Of a stretch of 64,000 bases of DNA, positions 11,437 through 25,266 are shown one piece after another. Position 1 is the stretch's first letter. Every line of letters begins with the position of its first letter. The stretch lies in contig NC_068996.1 in NCBI RefSeq assembly GCF_001194135.2, positions 2,383,462 to 2,447,461 on the forward strand. The letters are read 5' to 3'. The notes under the pieces were generated by a model that was not told the DNA's origin, did no database searches, and worked only from the letters and a program-made list of their open reading frames with translations. Made by a program: the position numbers and the translations under genes. This stretch comes from Octopus bimaculoides. Its lineage: Eukaryota.

Positions 11437-12007
11437 GAGTGGTTGTGTGGTAAGTAGCTTGCTTACCAACCACATGGTTGGGCAAATGTCTTCTACTATA
11501 GCCTCAGGCTGACCAAAGCCTTGTGAGTGGATTTGGTAGACGGAAACTGAAAAGGCCTTAGTTTAGAATAGAGGCAGCTGATGAAGGAAAAGTTCCATAA
11601 GTGGCTCGTCTGTTTTCCTATGTGTTCATTCTGTTGTCCGTAAAAAAAAGTCCATTTTTTGTGCTTTGTTTATGTTCCCGTTCCTTTTTGTCAACGTTAT
11701 TTTGACTTCCTGTACCTGGATATGCATTTATATATACATGTAGTTGTAGGTATGTACATATATGTATGTATGCATGGAAAGCAGACGTTAAACGACAATG
11801 ATATATATATGTTTGTGTGTCTGAGTTTGTCCTCCCACCATTGCATGACAACCGATGTTGGTGTGATTATGTCCTTGTAACTTAGCTGTTCAGCTAAAAG
11901 AGACCAGTAGAACAAGTACTAGGCTTACAAAGAATAAGGTTGATTTGTTTGACTGAAAACTGTGCTCCGGCATAGCCACAATCAAATGAGTGAAACAAAT
12001 AAAAGAA
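11437..12007 (+). mobile_element. tRNA-derived SINE family 1, split by an insertion (head 11437-11555, tail 11806-12007)
   Basis: GGTTGTGTGGTAAGTAGCTTGCTTACCAACC head and GACAACCGATGTTGGTGTG...GAATAAG...AAATAAAAGA tail match copies at 53868-54185 and 56715-57042. Confidence 0.85.
11560..11773 (+). mobile_element. Penelope-like 'CTGATGAAG' family copy nested in a SINE
   Basis: GGCAGCTGATGAAGG...GTGGCTCGT...CCTGTACCTGGATATGCA matches the reverse complement of 27221-27400 and 63115-63310. Confidence 0.6.
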
Positions 12008-12789
12008 TATGGTTTTATAATTATTTTAGTTTTAAACACTATTATTTTCCTGGTTTGTTGAAATTTATTTCTACTGCATAAATTGTTCATTTATTTGTCT
12101 TGATGTTTTATAGCTTTGTCTACGAAGCGTAATAATTTCAAGTCTGATACTTCATCACTATGTCTCCTTCGGTTTCAATTTCCTCGCAAATACTCTTGAC
12201 TGTATCAGGTTTTATGAAATACAGAGCATCTATCTAATATCCTGACCAATAGAAATAGAAAAAAGTCTCTAAATGATATCCAACTTTCTTAGAAAAAGAC
12301 AAAGTAAACTGTGTGTCCTGGTTGCTCTGTATCTGAAATGGACTGGTCACACATGAAATGCTTTCAGTCCTTGAATTGCTTAACCAGGGTTGACCTCCAG
12401 CCAAACAACAACAACAGCAACATCACTATCAGTTAAGAAACATTGTTACACATGAGTTTTTTTTTTTATTAATGTTTTTTTGAGTCGTGTAGGATGATTT
12501 TTATGGCACAGCCATATTATACTATTTGTTATATTTCCATTTTGATGAACAAATAGATTAAAATCTATTTTGCAGTTATACATTAGTATCATTACAAGCA
12601 TTTATCCTATTTCAGTACAGTGGTGTAAGCAAAATGTTGCTTGAATGAATGTATTGTATTTGACTTTAGAGATCTTATCTCAATTAACTAGGCACCAAAA
12701 GCTTCTGTTTCTCACTACAAGGCAGCCAATGATGGTTAAGATGCAATGAATGCATAGAGCTGTAACAGATATAATGAAGCATCCCATCC

Positions 12790-12952
12790 ATTTCTTTATT
12801 GATTCTGGCAATCCATCACCCATTTTTATTGACTCCAAAAGGATGAAATAATAGTTGACATTGGCTGGATTTGAACTCAAAGCACTGAGAGGCAAAGAAA
12901 TACAATAAGGCATTCTATCTTATATTCTAACAACACTTACAGTTTGCCACCT
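12790..12952 (-). mobile_element. SINE family 2, decayed (another decayed copy at ~9940-10045 -)
   Basis: GTTGACATTGGCTGGATTTGAACTCA...AATAC...CATT...CTAAC...TTTGCCACC is the reverse complement of the family 2 head. Confidence 0.6.
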
Positions 12953-14099
12953 ACAGTTATGATATATAGTTGAATCAATTTCTTGTTTTCTGTTCCTTTA
13001 ACAAGCCGTTTATTTTATCTCCAACCAGCTATGGAAAAAAAAAAAATTACAACACTTATTTCATAGTTGATTCTTTGTTATTATTGAGTAGAGGATTTCA
13101 AACATCTTCCGCAATTCTTTTGGCTTGTATATGCCGAACCATATAAGTTTATGGTCAAATGGTTTTTGAAATTTGCTTTGCAATCATGGGCTCTCAAGCT
13201 TGATACTGTTGTACTAAAATTGGGCTGAAAGAAATTGACCAGATGGAAACTATAAAAACCTCTGATGATGTCACACCCACTGATTCTACCCAAGGATTAT
13301 TTTTAGGTACAAGCCAGTTGCCAAAAGTTCAGTTGGTCAATCAACAGAAACATTTGTATGTCTAAATCAATGCAACTCCATCCACTTGTGAAATCATTCA
13401 AATATTTTGGAACAATAACACAATTGTGAATACATTGCTTTGTTTTTATTTTTTTAATTGATGGAATATTTCCCAATTTGTTTTGGTTCTGCTTTGCATC
13501 TTTTTTTATTTGGGTTAGTTTAGAAAAGATGGTTTGTTTTGAGAACAGTTATTAATAGTTGCATGCTAACTTTAGTAGGGGTATTTTTTTTTTATTATGT
13601 TAACAGTTTATATACTTTGTTCAGGGAGTATAACTTTTGTGAGTAAAATTTGAAATTGTGAACATGTGATTAACAAAATTTAAGTTATGTAATGTGTTCA
13701 TAACAAAACAACAACAACAACAAAAACACCCTGTATATTTAACATTTTATGTATTTATCTCTTTATTTCATTGTAGAACATCCTTGCTTGAAATTCTGGT
13801 CATATGTAATGCAGCACTAAGTAACAATTTCTAACTGACAGTTTAAAAACACAAGCAAATACATGGCCAAGAAACTTCTAGCTAGCACTGCATTCTGTAT
13901 TGTGTATATTTACCTATGTCCTCCCTCATTTTAAAACACATAAGAGAGGTGGGTTAAATCCTTGTTTCATCATCAATTATATCACTTATTTTATGCTCTG
14001 TTTATTTTATTCCACTAATAATGGTTGATATAGTAAGTGTGAATTGTTTTGTTGCTTGAAAATTCTTATTATCACTTCCACTTCACATTTTGCTCAATT

Positions 14100-15300
14100 T
14101 TGTTCAACCTAAGCTGAACTTACTTTTCTGTATCTTCATTGTATATTGTACAAAGTCAACAGAAATACATGGTTTTTACATTAGAGGGCTTCTCAAAAGC
14201 TGTCCTCATTGTTTGTGGTTCTGGTTTACAGTCACATATGGTGACATTGGAGAAGTTGTGTTACCATTAATTGTAAGTCACTTTGGCCATACCAATTCAA
14301 CCAGTTCATGCATTTCCTTTTTATCCACATCACATAGTTGTATTTGTCCACTTGCTACCATTTCCCTCTGTTGTTGAAGTTGGTCAGTTGTTTCTTTCTT
14401 CATACTGGTTCTTTCTTGCTTCACGATGGCATTCATTGCTAACACCCCTTATTGAGTACTGATCTCTTAATGATCAACAACGATAAAGCTGTTAGTCTAA
14501 ACTGCTTGTGATCAGTTAAAAAGAAGCATTAAATGTTTGCTCTAGTTTCTTAACATTGGTAAATCTTTCCCATACTAAGCTTGCATGTTCAACTGTGCAC
14601 AGACAAGTTGCCTGAAGAGTTTCACCCTGTCTTGTATTTGTGAGCTTGCTGACAATTTGTAAGTACTCAGTTTTGCTTTTATCAAATTCTGTTAAAATCT
14701 TCTTACACAAGCCTCCAAAGTCACAAGTAATGGTAGCCATGTTTGTATTCATCTTTCCTGTGGGCTCTGTAAGAAGGCGGAAATTTGGCATCATGAGTCC
14801 AGTCTTTCTTCTATTGCAGCTCTGTTCTTGTTAGAATCTGTATCACCTCATTGAGTACTATGGCAGTCGAAGTTTCCAACAATGATCTGTAGTTTGTAGA
14901 TATATTGCTACTCAAATCTGCTGTAAAATTATCAGTGTTGTGCTTTTCTGATTTAAGAAACTATACCGATGATGAACCTTTAATGCCAAACAGTGTCATG
15001 TGTTCTGTGGCAGTTGTGCTCACTCCCTCCCTACATGAGTAACATGAAGAAGAGGACATCACAAAACATATTGCTACAGATGTTTTGCTTTGAAAATGAG
15101 AACCCTTTGGCATTTGCAGCAAAATTATCAGAGTTGCTCATGAAAAGGACTCCAATAACTACTACATCAAACTTATTGTTATGTTTGTTTTGCAATTTCT
15201 TGCACTGCTTACGGAGATGGCTGTGGTGATGAAAGTATTGATAGAAATAACTTTGCGATGTGGATGTTCCTTTCATAACCTCTTTTCTGTACTTAGTTTT
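14100..15300 (-). pseudogene. Decayed LINE ORF2 N-terminus (AP endonuclease domain)
   Basis: Minus strand ERNIHIA (DI.LQE-like motif) near 15255-15275 and IVGNFDCHSTQ*G (GDFN.H..WG motif) at ~14845-14883; many stops and frameshifts. Confidence 0.6.
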
Positions 15301-16371
15301 GTTATTTGAAGAAGGTAAAGTTGCATAAGTGAATGATTACTAGACTGTCTTATGATATTTAGTTCCAGTCCTCTATTTCATGATTTTAAATCCAGTTAAA
15401 ATTGATCTTTTAAAAAGTTGTTGGACGGTATCAATGGAAGTTATATCAATCATATTTTCAAATTAATGCAAATAACTATACTCTTTTTCAAGAAATTTGT
15501 GGTTTTGTCCTGAAGCATTAAAAAAAAAAACCTGAAATGGAAGAGCCAGTTTTCATAGAATATCTCGTGGTACTTGTTTCCATCTTAGTCTGTGATGAAA
15601 TCAGATCCCACTAAGATCATTTTCCTTGTCATACTTGTGCAGTTGATGAAAAAAAACCTATCTAGAGCAGTAGATTGTGGAACTGTAAGAATTTTTGATT
15701 GAATACTTTGCAGTATTTGTTCCAACTCTCTACACTTTGAGTAAAATTCTGCCTTGTTTAAAAAGTACCTTCAGCAACTCATAGGCCTAGTGTGGTGACT
15801 AAGACAAATCCTTCAGATATAGATCTCCAAATGGTGCTGAGCAGGGTTGTGAGGGGGATCTGTCCAGCTGGAGAAAGATATGCCCTAGAGAATAAATGAG
15901 TGAATCAATCGATCAATACATACAGTGAACCCGTATTAAACTGTAATGCCAGATAGCGAATAAATCAGATATAACCTGAAGGACTGTCAGTGTGAATTAT
16001 TTTGAGTAACAGTGATGTAAGGGGTTATATTCTTGGCTTACTGCACATTCACCAAATATTGTAAATTTATCATAAATATTAAACTTCCTCAATAATATAA
16101 TCATGGGTCATAAATGAGAAACTCATTTTTCTGTTGTCTGAAATAGTACTGTACATTCTACTGGTGTTTGTATCATGATGTGTTCTGTGTGGATGGCAGA
16201 TGATAAGAGACTGCTAAAAATAATGGCAGGAGACAAACATTTCACCAGTAAATATCTTGTTTATAATATGTTTTAATAACTGTCTGTAAGAAATGTACTT
16301 TTCCTCCTCTTGTATTCTGCACTCCTTCCACCTCCTGTAACTAACAAGTTCTTAATTTCCCTTCTGTTCAG

Positions 16372-16429
16372 ATCATTCGCTGTCTTATTCACTTTGACAT
16401 TTCCTTCTAATAAACACTACATTTTCATG
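16372..16429 (+). CDS. Candidate 58-nt internal exon of an unidentified host gene
   Basis: ACTAAC branch point (16340-16345), pyrimidine tract TTCCCTTCTGTTCAG, donor ATG|GTGAGA; one open frame SFAVLFTLTFPSNKHYIFM. No homology recognised. Confidence 0.35.
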
Positions 16430-17015
16430 GTGAGAAGTTGTTGTCATTCTCCTCATTATCATTTAATGATATGAGTTGGATGGTTCGACTAGGATATATG
16501 TATGTGTGTGTGAATTTGTTTAAAATCTGTTAACTGAAACTAATTTTTGTTATAATGGTTCTGCTATTGCAGTATCATGCTATAATCTAGCCATGTTTTC
16601 AAATACAACAAAAATTAAACCAAGTCAAAATAATCTGTAGTTAATGTGTTTTTCTGAGTAATATTTATGCCACTCTTGTAGGCTTAGTATGATTAACATG
16701 ATGCACACTGAGGAAATAATCACCATATGTAATTCAACAAAGTTAGGTTGATTGCAATTTTCCTTGATATTCCAAATAATTAAATATCTTGTATCATTTT
16801 AGTTTTAAAAGCGAGTAATAATGTAAAGCAAAAGCATGTGATCATTTATGTAAACAAGGTATTTATTAGGAAGTTGAAGGTTAGTGCTTCAATGAGGAGA
16901 CTTCACATAGAGTTTGTTGTTAGAACCAAACTGTTTTCAACATAAGTTAGATGCAGAGTAAATTTGTTACATTTTCTTTTAATGATAATATTGTTAATTC
17001 TAAATCACCTGAACA

Positions 17016-17167
17016 ATCATCATCATCATCATCATCGTTTAACGTCCGCTTTCCATGCTAGCATGGGTTGGACGATTTGACTGAGGACTGGTGAAACCGG
17101 ATGGCAACACCAGGCTCCAGTCTGATTTGGCAGAGTTTCTACAGCTGGATGCCCTTCCTAACGCCAA
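17016..17167 (-). mobile_element. RTE LINE 3' terminal segment with (GAT)n tail
   Basis: Reverse complement of the TTGGCGTTAGGAAGGGCATCCAGCTGTAGAAAC...GCATGGAAAGCGGACGTTAAACGATGATGAT end seen at 35180-35333 and 50920-51065. Confidence 0.9.
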
Positions 17168-17392
17168 TATGTGAACAATATGTGATGCAAAATGTATAAA
17201 TCATGAGGCAGCAGTGACTAAGTAGTTGGCCATCAGTGACATGATGGGAAAAGCTTCTGTTGCGAGAAGTGTTGATGCCAGGCTAACTAGTCATGTGGGC
17301 ATCAAACATTTTGCAGCTGGTGATGGGTGCTTTTGGTGATTTAAAAATCATCATGGAATGGGTTATAAAATTGTTTATTTTGAAACAGGCAG

Positions 17393-17614
17393 TAACCTTT
17401 CCATTGCCATATTTCTCTTGAAGTTCATGACCTTCATTTCAATTAATTTTAAAATAATGAAAAATTTAGTAAAATAATTTGTGCCTAGAATATAAATTAA
17501 CATGAAATTCTGATGGAATTTTATGGAAGATTTTAATTTAGATCAATTTAAAGCAGAGAGTTTGTATCATAGAACTAGGGATGGTCTCACAAGGCTTGGT
17601 GCCAAAAGAGTTAC
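17393..17614 (+). mobile_element. piggyBac-like MITE family A, decayed
   Basis: Aligns to 44379-44606; ends TTGGTGCCAAAAGAGTTA. Confidence 0.6.
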
Positions 17615-17619
17615 TTTAG

Positions 17620-18330
17620 AGTAAAGGGCTTCTAATTTCAAACATGTTTAAAGGTGATGCAACTCTGTTTTATCATGCTGTCAGTACTCCAGAATACTCA
17701 AGCTGGAAACTTCAATGCCTTGTCGGAATTTAAATGTGGAATGTTTGTTTTCATCATGTTATGTGAATGCAAATAGCATGCATCTTTTAAAGTTTATGAT
17801 GTCAGAGAGTGATAATTCACTAACTACCATTATATCATTACATAAACATTGAGAGAAACTGCATTTTAACATGCATATCTTCAATAACTAATTTTTCTCA
17901 CAAAACATTCCTGTGTAATGTTAGGAAGATATTGTCTATTTATCTGTTGATGAAGTGAAGGTACTACAAACTTTTGACAATGCACCAGTTCACCCAGATA
18001 TTCGCCAACTTGTCAGTAATGATGGTAGAACAAAGTGCTTGTTTTTACTTGTAACAAATCTATATGATGCAGCCAATAGATCAAGGTGTAATTGTAGTTT
18101 GGAAGAGATTATTCCTTTAAAGATATTCTGGTAAAACATCTCATGATCATGGAATAGGATACCCTTAAGGAAGATACACAGGGACAGACAACTGTCAGTA
18201 CCCTCGAATGATGCAGTCTCAAGTCACTAATATTCAGTTTAGCAGCTCTATGGAAGGTGCTAAGGACTACTGCTATAGCTAATATTACAGAAAGAAAACA
18301 AAAACAACTTCTGTACAGTGTGATTGTAGA
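17620..18330 (+). pseudogene. pogo/Tigger-like DDE transposase remnant
   Basis: YVNANSMHLLK, TFDNAPVHP (GAC at 17976) and MQPIDQGVIV (~18067-18096) are DDE_1 motifs; frameshifted. Confidence 0.75.
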
Positions 18331-18750
18331 ATATACAATTTTGAAGGCTTTGGGGTAAGCGATTCGTTAGTTTACTCCAGAGGGCAGGTAAAGCAGATGT
18401 TATTTAGAAGACCTGTAGAATGACTCTTGTGTTATTAACAGAAGAAACAACAGATGAAATTATTGGTGATAGCAGAGGTGACAACCTTATTGCCTTAAGA
18501 ACTTTCTGTTATATGAGAATCCTTTATAACATTATTTTCTACACTGTGTTGATCAATAGAAACTAAGGTTTGACTTTATTATCAATATTTCTGAGCCTTG
18601 AGGGAATCCTTTATCCAGAAGCAACATGAGGAAGGTAAACAACTGAAACTCACCTCATTCTTTCATGCCAATTGGTTCCAACCTTACTACAGCTGTTAAG
18701 TCTGCTGATGATGTTGGTGATCCAATTTGCTGATGACTCAAACTCAGACT

Positions 18751-18951
18751 TTAAACCATTTTGTGTTTAACCCAGCCATATCCAGCTGGAACTGACCAGA
18801 CCCAACCTCTCACACCTACTCTACAATGCCATTCTAAAAATATACAAATACACCAATGAAATCTCGAAGCTGCAAGGTAATGAATGATTAATTCAAAATG
18901 ATTTGAATAGATAATATACTTGAGAAAGAAATTTGAATGCTAAAGGGTTAA
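18751..18951 (+). mobile_element. piggyBac-like MITE family B
   Basis: TTAAACCA... to ...GCTAAAGGGTTAA; homologous to 24579-24790 and 25267-25504. Confidence 0.7.
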
Positions 18952-20429
18952 GGAATAGAGGACAATGACTAGTGGAGTATCACTTCTCTACTGACTCAGA
19001 ATAACAAGTTCCTATTTCTACTTCTACCTCTGCTAATTCAAGCTAGTCTGCCATCTGTCACTTATAATGAAATTAAAGATTTACATTGAAGAGTGAGGGC
19101 AAGCTATTGATAAAGTTATGGATAATACATAAGGAAAAGGACTTTGACAGACAAACAACTGATTGACTGTTTAGCCAACACATTAAACAAATGATTGATT
19201 AGTCAGTTGGTTAGATATTTAATCAATTGACTAACAATAAAGAAGTGATATTGTACCAGAGCATGTGTTTATTATTATTGGTGTAATGACCCTCCCAAGA
19301 CACACACACACACACACATATATAGACTGATGAAAGCCCTTGAAGGTGGTGCTTCATTCTGGCCTCACTCAAGTGATGATACAGTTAAAAATAATTTTAA
19401 TTAGAAACATATATACTGGTGATGATTCAGTTTGTTCTAATTTTAGGTACTTACCTTATATTTGTATCTATGTCATAATATTAAGAATCAGTGTTGACTG
19501 TATGGTTTGGCAGTGTGTAAGCTCTTGAGTGTTTTTATTTAATTTTGTGAATTTAGTTTACCTTTAAATATTTTTGTAAAACGTACTTAAATACTTTTAT
19601 GAAAATGCTTTAGTACTTTAGTAAAAACACTCAGATGACATTCTACATAACATACATGCCATAGTATACACATATACATGGCTAAGGATGTACATACATT
19701 ACTTGTGAATGCATGTATATATATATATATATTGACATACACTTATACATAAATATGAGCCATCTTAGTCTAAATATTTTTTTTACTAATTTATTTTTCT
19801 TGTTTGCTATCATATTCATTACTATTTGATTATTTATTACAACAAATGTATGTTTAACATTGACTAAATTCTCCACTGAATTGCTATAAAGGTCTTGGTA
19901 ATCAATTTTACAGAACATCTCTAATAACTACTGACTTTACTGCTATGTAAATAAAAGCACTGACCCTGTCTTGTTCCATTCTGCTTGCTCTCAGAAAATG
20001 GTATTTCATTAAAAAGCGTCCTGCTGATTGTCACTGTGACTTGTAAACTCTGTCTCCCTGAATCGCCTCTCCTCTTCTCAATTTATTTAGCTTTTAGTGT
20101 GTGTCACCAATACCAACTATAGGAGGCATATTTATACAGTTGCTTGACTGACTAGAAAAAGCAGTCAAATTTTCTTGATCACACCCAATCATCTCAATAA
20201 AAAAAAAAGTAGGAGATACTGGACAATGTAGTTCTGGATATACACAAATACAGGATAGTCATGGCTGGAATGCTTTTGAACTTGGGTTTTCTTATTCTGG
20301 GTTATATTGACAACATCAATAATTTCTTTTATTTGCTACAGGGGCATCACTACTATCATCATCACTGTCAAAATGTGAACATAGATGTTAAGGTCATTTT
20401 AAGAAACCTGACTTTGTAAAAAGATTGAT

Positions 20430-20643
20430 CTTTTATTTGTTTCAGTCACTAGATTGTGGCCATACTGGGGCACTGTCTTGAAGAATTTTTTTAGTCGAAT
20501 GCATTGACCACAGCACTTATTTTTTTTACTTTAAGCCTGGTGCTTATACTTTCAGTCTCTTTTGCTGAACTGCCAAATTATGGGGACACCAACACCAGTT
20601 GTCAAGTGGTAGTGGATGGGACAAACACAGGCACAAACACATG

Positions 20644-20688
<45 letters not shown>

Positions 20689-21228
20689 CAATGTTAATTC
20701 TCTAAATGAAGTATTAACAGTAACTGCACGATAAAGTGTAGTATATTGCCACTTAAGTGTGGCTGACCCCTAGGGGTGGATGTTACTGNNNNNNNNNNNN
20801 NNNNNNNNNNNNNNNNNNNNNNNNNNNNNNNNNNNNNNNNNNNNNNNNNNNNNNNNNNNNNNNNNNNNNNNNNNNNNNNNNNNNNNNNNNNNNNNNNNNN
20901 NNNNNNNNNNNNNNNNNNNNNNNNNNNNNNNNNNNNNNNNNNNNNNNNNNNNNNNNNNNNNNNNNNNNNNNNNATATATATATATATATATATATAAACA
21001 AATAGTAAATGAGTATATGCATATATACGTACAGGTATGTGCATACCGACATCCACCTGTATGTATAGGTGCATACACAATGGTCTTCTTTCAGTTTCCC
21101 TCTATTGAATCCATTCACAAGGCTTTGGTCAGCCCAATGTAGTAGAAGACAACTTACCCAAGGTGTCATACAGTGGGACTGAACATGGAACAATATGGTT
21201 GAGAAGCAAATTTCTTACCACACACCCA
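20430..21228 (-). mobile_element. SINE family 1 (tail 20430-20640, head 21080-21228) with expanded, interrupted centre
   Basis: Reverse-complement head and tail motifs bracket (TA)n, a gap and an 80-bp Penelope-like fragment at 20996-21075. Confidence 0.8.
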
Positions 21229-21912
21229 TGGGTTCTTGATTTTGCATGTCTTCACTGTACAATTGATTAGAGATTTATTTGTTATTGTGGTTAACACCAA
21301 GTCAACTTCGATTCAGCAGACATTTAATCATACAAGCACAGAAAATAGAACAGATGGAACATCATTATTTTGATGTACCATAATGATGTTCCATTTGTAG
21401 TTATCCTGTCCTTTTTGTGTGTCACTCATCTGCTTGTCATATCCTTACATTAAGAAGGATGTATCCTTTGTCCTAGACAGTTGGGGCATGATACTAGGAA
21501 GATCTGGCTGGTATTTCTAGCAGGCCAAGCAACCATGTTGAGGTTCTTTTAGCTTGAACTCCATATATCAGTAGAGCTTGTGCTTTTAATAACAATTTTA
21601 TAATGGTGAGCAAATAAGACATAGATATGAGACAGTCACTACAGAAATACCTTTGATTGTAAGTTTGCTTAATTAGAGCCAGAATGGAATTAAAAAATGG
21701 CAACCTTTGGAGTTTATGGTTGAATTAACTTTGCAGGTAAAAAAATCACTTGATATGATGATGATAATTCCAAGATGGTCTGTACAATGTCTTTAAACAT
21801 GTACAAAAGAAGAATGCTTTGACAATAAAACTCAGGTAGCATAACAATATTCCTTTAGAACATTTCAGAAATAAAATATTTTAAGTTAGACACCATAGAC
21901 ATACCATCTATA

Positions 21913-22234
21913 TCTGTGGTTTGCATCTGGGATCCATGTGGCACGTTGAGGCTCCATGTAAGACTTTTGGGGGTCTACACAATAAAATAGTAAATTGGGG
22001 ATTGAGGGTTTATGAAAAATCCTAATTTAGATAATATATTTATTGCAGGAAATAACTAGGTTTTGTTCTCTGTTTTACATAGTTCGACTAATACAAGCTT
22101 CATGTGTGAAAAAGAAAACAAGAATTTTGAAAGTTTCAATGTTTAAAAACTAGTATTTAAACATTGAAGGGCTATGGGGATCTATCAGAATAAAATAGTA
22201 CCTCATAGGTAAAAAAATGGGTGAGAAACCTCTG
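21913..22234. mobile_element. Decayed hAT-like MITE
   Basis: Ends resemble CAGTGGTT(C/T)TCA TIRs (CTGTGGTTTGCA ... GTGAGAAACCTCTG); no clear TSD. Confidence 0.4.
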
Positions 22235-22635
22235 ATCTACACTAATATAAAAATAACTTGTTGTCGAGTATATATATATAAACAGATGTGATAGGGAAAG
22301 TGTGAAAGTAAAATTCTGATATATGTTGAATGACAGCATTAGTCATTTGAACACTATCAACACATAAGTCTTGGTAAAGCCAGTGTGATGAGTCTATTTC
22401 CAAAACTCATAATACCAAATGCTAAAACACAGACAACATCACACTAAGATTGAAGCAGAAAATCTAGAAAGAGAAGGCTTCACACTTTAAGGATATACGC
22501 ACAACCAAAATATTCATAATCTAAGCACAATGTCTAATCTACCTGATTTCATTCAAAAGGTTGGGAGTGATTGTATGGTGGGACATTTTTTATGAAGCAG
22601 ATCTCGATATTTGTCAGTGCTTATGCTACACAAAC

Positions 22636-22686
<51 letters not shown>

Positions 22687-23572
22687 TACACACACAAGCA
22701 TGTGTGCATGGGCATATTTTAAATATGCCCATACATATACAAAACTAAGTACATTTATAACATATATATTGACATGCACATATGTTGTCACCAATGCAAC
22801 CACCGAATCTGATAATGTAATCATTGATTTATTGTACTTTCATTCAGGTGAACACTAATTGGCAGGTCTATAAAATGATATGTGCTAGTCTACCTGATCC
22901 CGCTCATGTTCTGTTTTCTTATTTATGTATTTTTACATCAAATTTACTCACGGAATGATATGCAGTGCCCTATTACCAGATCTGAGCTGATGATGTTCTA
23001 CATGAACGTCTGCAGGGCAATGTCTCCATGAGAAAAACATGAATGGAAACTAGATTAAAAACTCAGAGAGAACTCGGTTAACTGTATTTGTATACAAAGG
23101 TGGTAGTAGTGTTTTGTCTGAAGTCAACTCTGATCAATTAGATCTGTAATGAAAAGCATTCTAATCATGACTATCCTGCCTTCTTTCTGGGATGTCTGGG
23201 ATTACATCATCTTGTATGTTTTTCTGTAATTTGATAGCTTGTGATTTGATTGAACTTTGGCTGTGATTTCTACCAACTCTATTGGCGTTGTGGTGGTTTA
23301 ATCAGTGGCTTGTTTGGGATGTTGCCTTGTCTCCTGTTAGACCTGATGGAAGCTGACTCCTGAGCAAAGGTGTTTCAGCCATGACCGAATATGTCTGCAA
23401 ACAGCTTATTTTGAAAGTGGTTCTTCTGTGATTTATGTAAAAGACAGGTAAATAAATAATTGAAATATATCTGCCATCTAATTTGTCAACTCCAATCACA
23501 ACTCTTATGCATATCAGCATATATCTACACATGCAAATATATGTACAGATATGTAACTGCTTTCGTGTTTAT

Positions 23573-23621
<49 letters not shown>

Positions 23622-24578
23622 CACATCCATGTGTATACATGTTTTCATGTGAATTTTTGTCTTCAAATGACTTTTTTACACATTTTTATGTTTTTGTCGT
23701 GAATACATCTATTTATGTGAGTGTGTGTTCGTACAGCTGTATTGTACATGTATGTATTTATTTGTGTATGTACATACATGTATGTATGTGATTGTGTGTA
23801 TGACTGAGTGCTTGCACTTGTACACAGTTCTATATGTCCGTGTATATTTCATCACAGATGCTATTCTTCATTATTAGTGATATTCAGTACTTGGCGGTTA
23901 TTCAGTTTATTCCCAAATAGCATTCCTTGTGAAGTTTAATAATGTCTGTTATACTATGACCTGACATTTTCCCCCTAATGCCTAAAACAGATTGAGTACT
24001 CTAATTGAATTTGAGAAAAAGAAAAACATTTGTTTAGTAACTAAAATAATTAAGGATTGAAACAGCTGCTAATGAATTAACAATGACTTGGAAGACATTT
24101 TCCATCTTTTTTTTTTTTTTAATTTCAAGAATATCTTTTTGCACATTAAAGTTTGGATTGTAAATGGTACCACAGAAGAATAAGCTATATCATGTAAGAG
24201 ATATTGTTTATCTTTTGTATGAAATATTAAAATTTTGGACAGTTTATTTAGATGATGGGATATAAACATATTCTTGTGTGTAAGATATGTATATTTCATT
24301 GTTAATTGGATGAAACACTTTGAATCTGATATGGATGGGAACAGGAGCAGAAAGGATAATTTACTAGACTTTCAGATCATCATCATTGTTTGTCATCATT
24401 ATGTTATCAACCAATGTCTTGTTAAACTTCATCATTGACTTGAGTTTGGATAAGACTTTTGAGGGCACATTTTATGGTCTTATGCCCTTCCTGATACCAA
24501 CCATTTTAATCTTCTCTTACAACACACTATAATATGGTGCGCTTCTTTAAAACTCTGAGGTACATATAGGAATTTAGT

Positions 24579-24790
24579 TTAATACTTCAGCATTTAAACC
24601 ACTCACAACTGGCTTGAATATTCTACATGTTTTTATGCTCAAACTGACCAGATCCAGTCTTTCATACCTATACTGCAATGTCATTTTGAAAATAGACAAG
24701 CATGTCAAAATCTTAAAGCTACAACATAAGGCATGATTAATTGAAATCATTGTGAATAAATAAACATTGCATTTGAAAGAGTAATCTAAA
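24579..24790 (+). mobile_element. piggyBac-like MITE family B, right TIR lost
   Basis: TTAATACTTCAGCATTTAAACC...AATGTCATTTT...GCATGATTAATT...GTGAATAAATAA. Confidence 0.7.
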
Positions 24791-25266
24791 CGGTATGGAG
24801 TTCAAAGTGTTGCTGGTGCTTCATTGCGTTTCTGGGGGCTGTTCTCTGTCAAGCAAGTGATGCAGTGTCAGTGGCAGTATCACTGCTTTTACCTTCATCA
24901 CTCATCCGGTGCCCACCCCCACTCTTTTACTCTCCCTCTATATGTATGTGGATATGTATGTGTGCATGTGTGCGCCTATGTTTGCATGTATGTATGAAAA
25001 TACATGGTTAATCTCCATTCTTTAAATTAGTCTTAAGAAAACTTACAAATATTTGTTTTTATTTGTTAATTTTTTATAAGTAACCTTCTTTACTATGCTA
25101 CCAACATATTCACACATGGTCAGTTTATGTTGCTCTCAGTAAGTACAGTTGGTGATCCAGCAAATGTAAAGATTTTTATTAGTCATAGTCAATTTATTAT
25201 ACCAAGAAGTTCTCAAAGACATCCCAATTATGGAAATGTTAATGTTGATTGTCAAAATTTTGTACC

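Noticed and set aside
11572-11615. CTGATGA-A-GGAA-AAG-TTCC-A as a complete hammerhead
   Set aside because: No GAAA follows; the downstream bases align to the family's TTCTCTATGTGGCTCG segment.
12930-12965. Minus 10-nt microexon-like unit (TGTAG|GTGGCAAACT|GTAAGT)
   Set aside because: Lies in the head of a decayed SINE.
19447-19460. Perfect minus donor AAG|GTAAGT
   Set aside because: All three upstream frames hit stops within about 30 nt and there is no acceptor.
25081-25138. Resemblance of NLLYYATNIFTHGQFMLLS to the PIG-U C-terminus
   Set aside because: Short, low-complexity match; no other PIG-U exons found in order, so no gene symbol was assigned.
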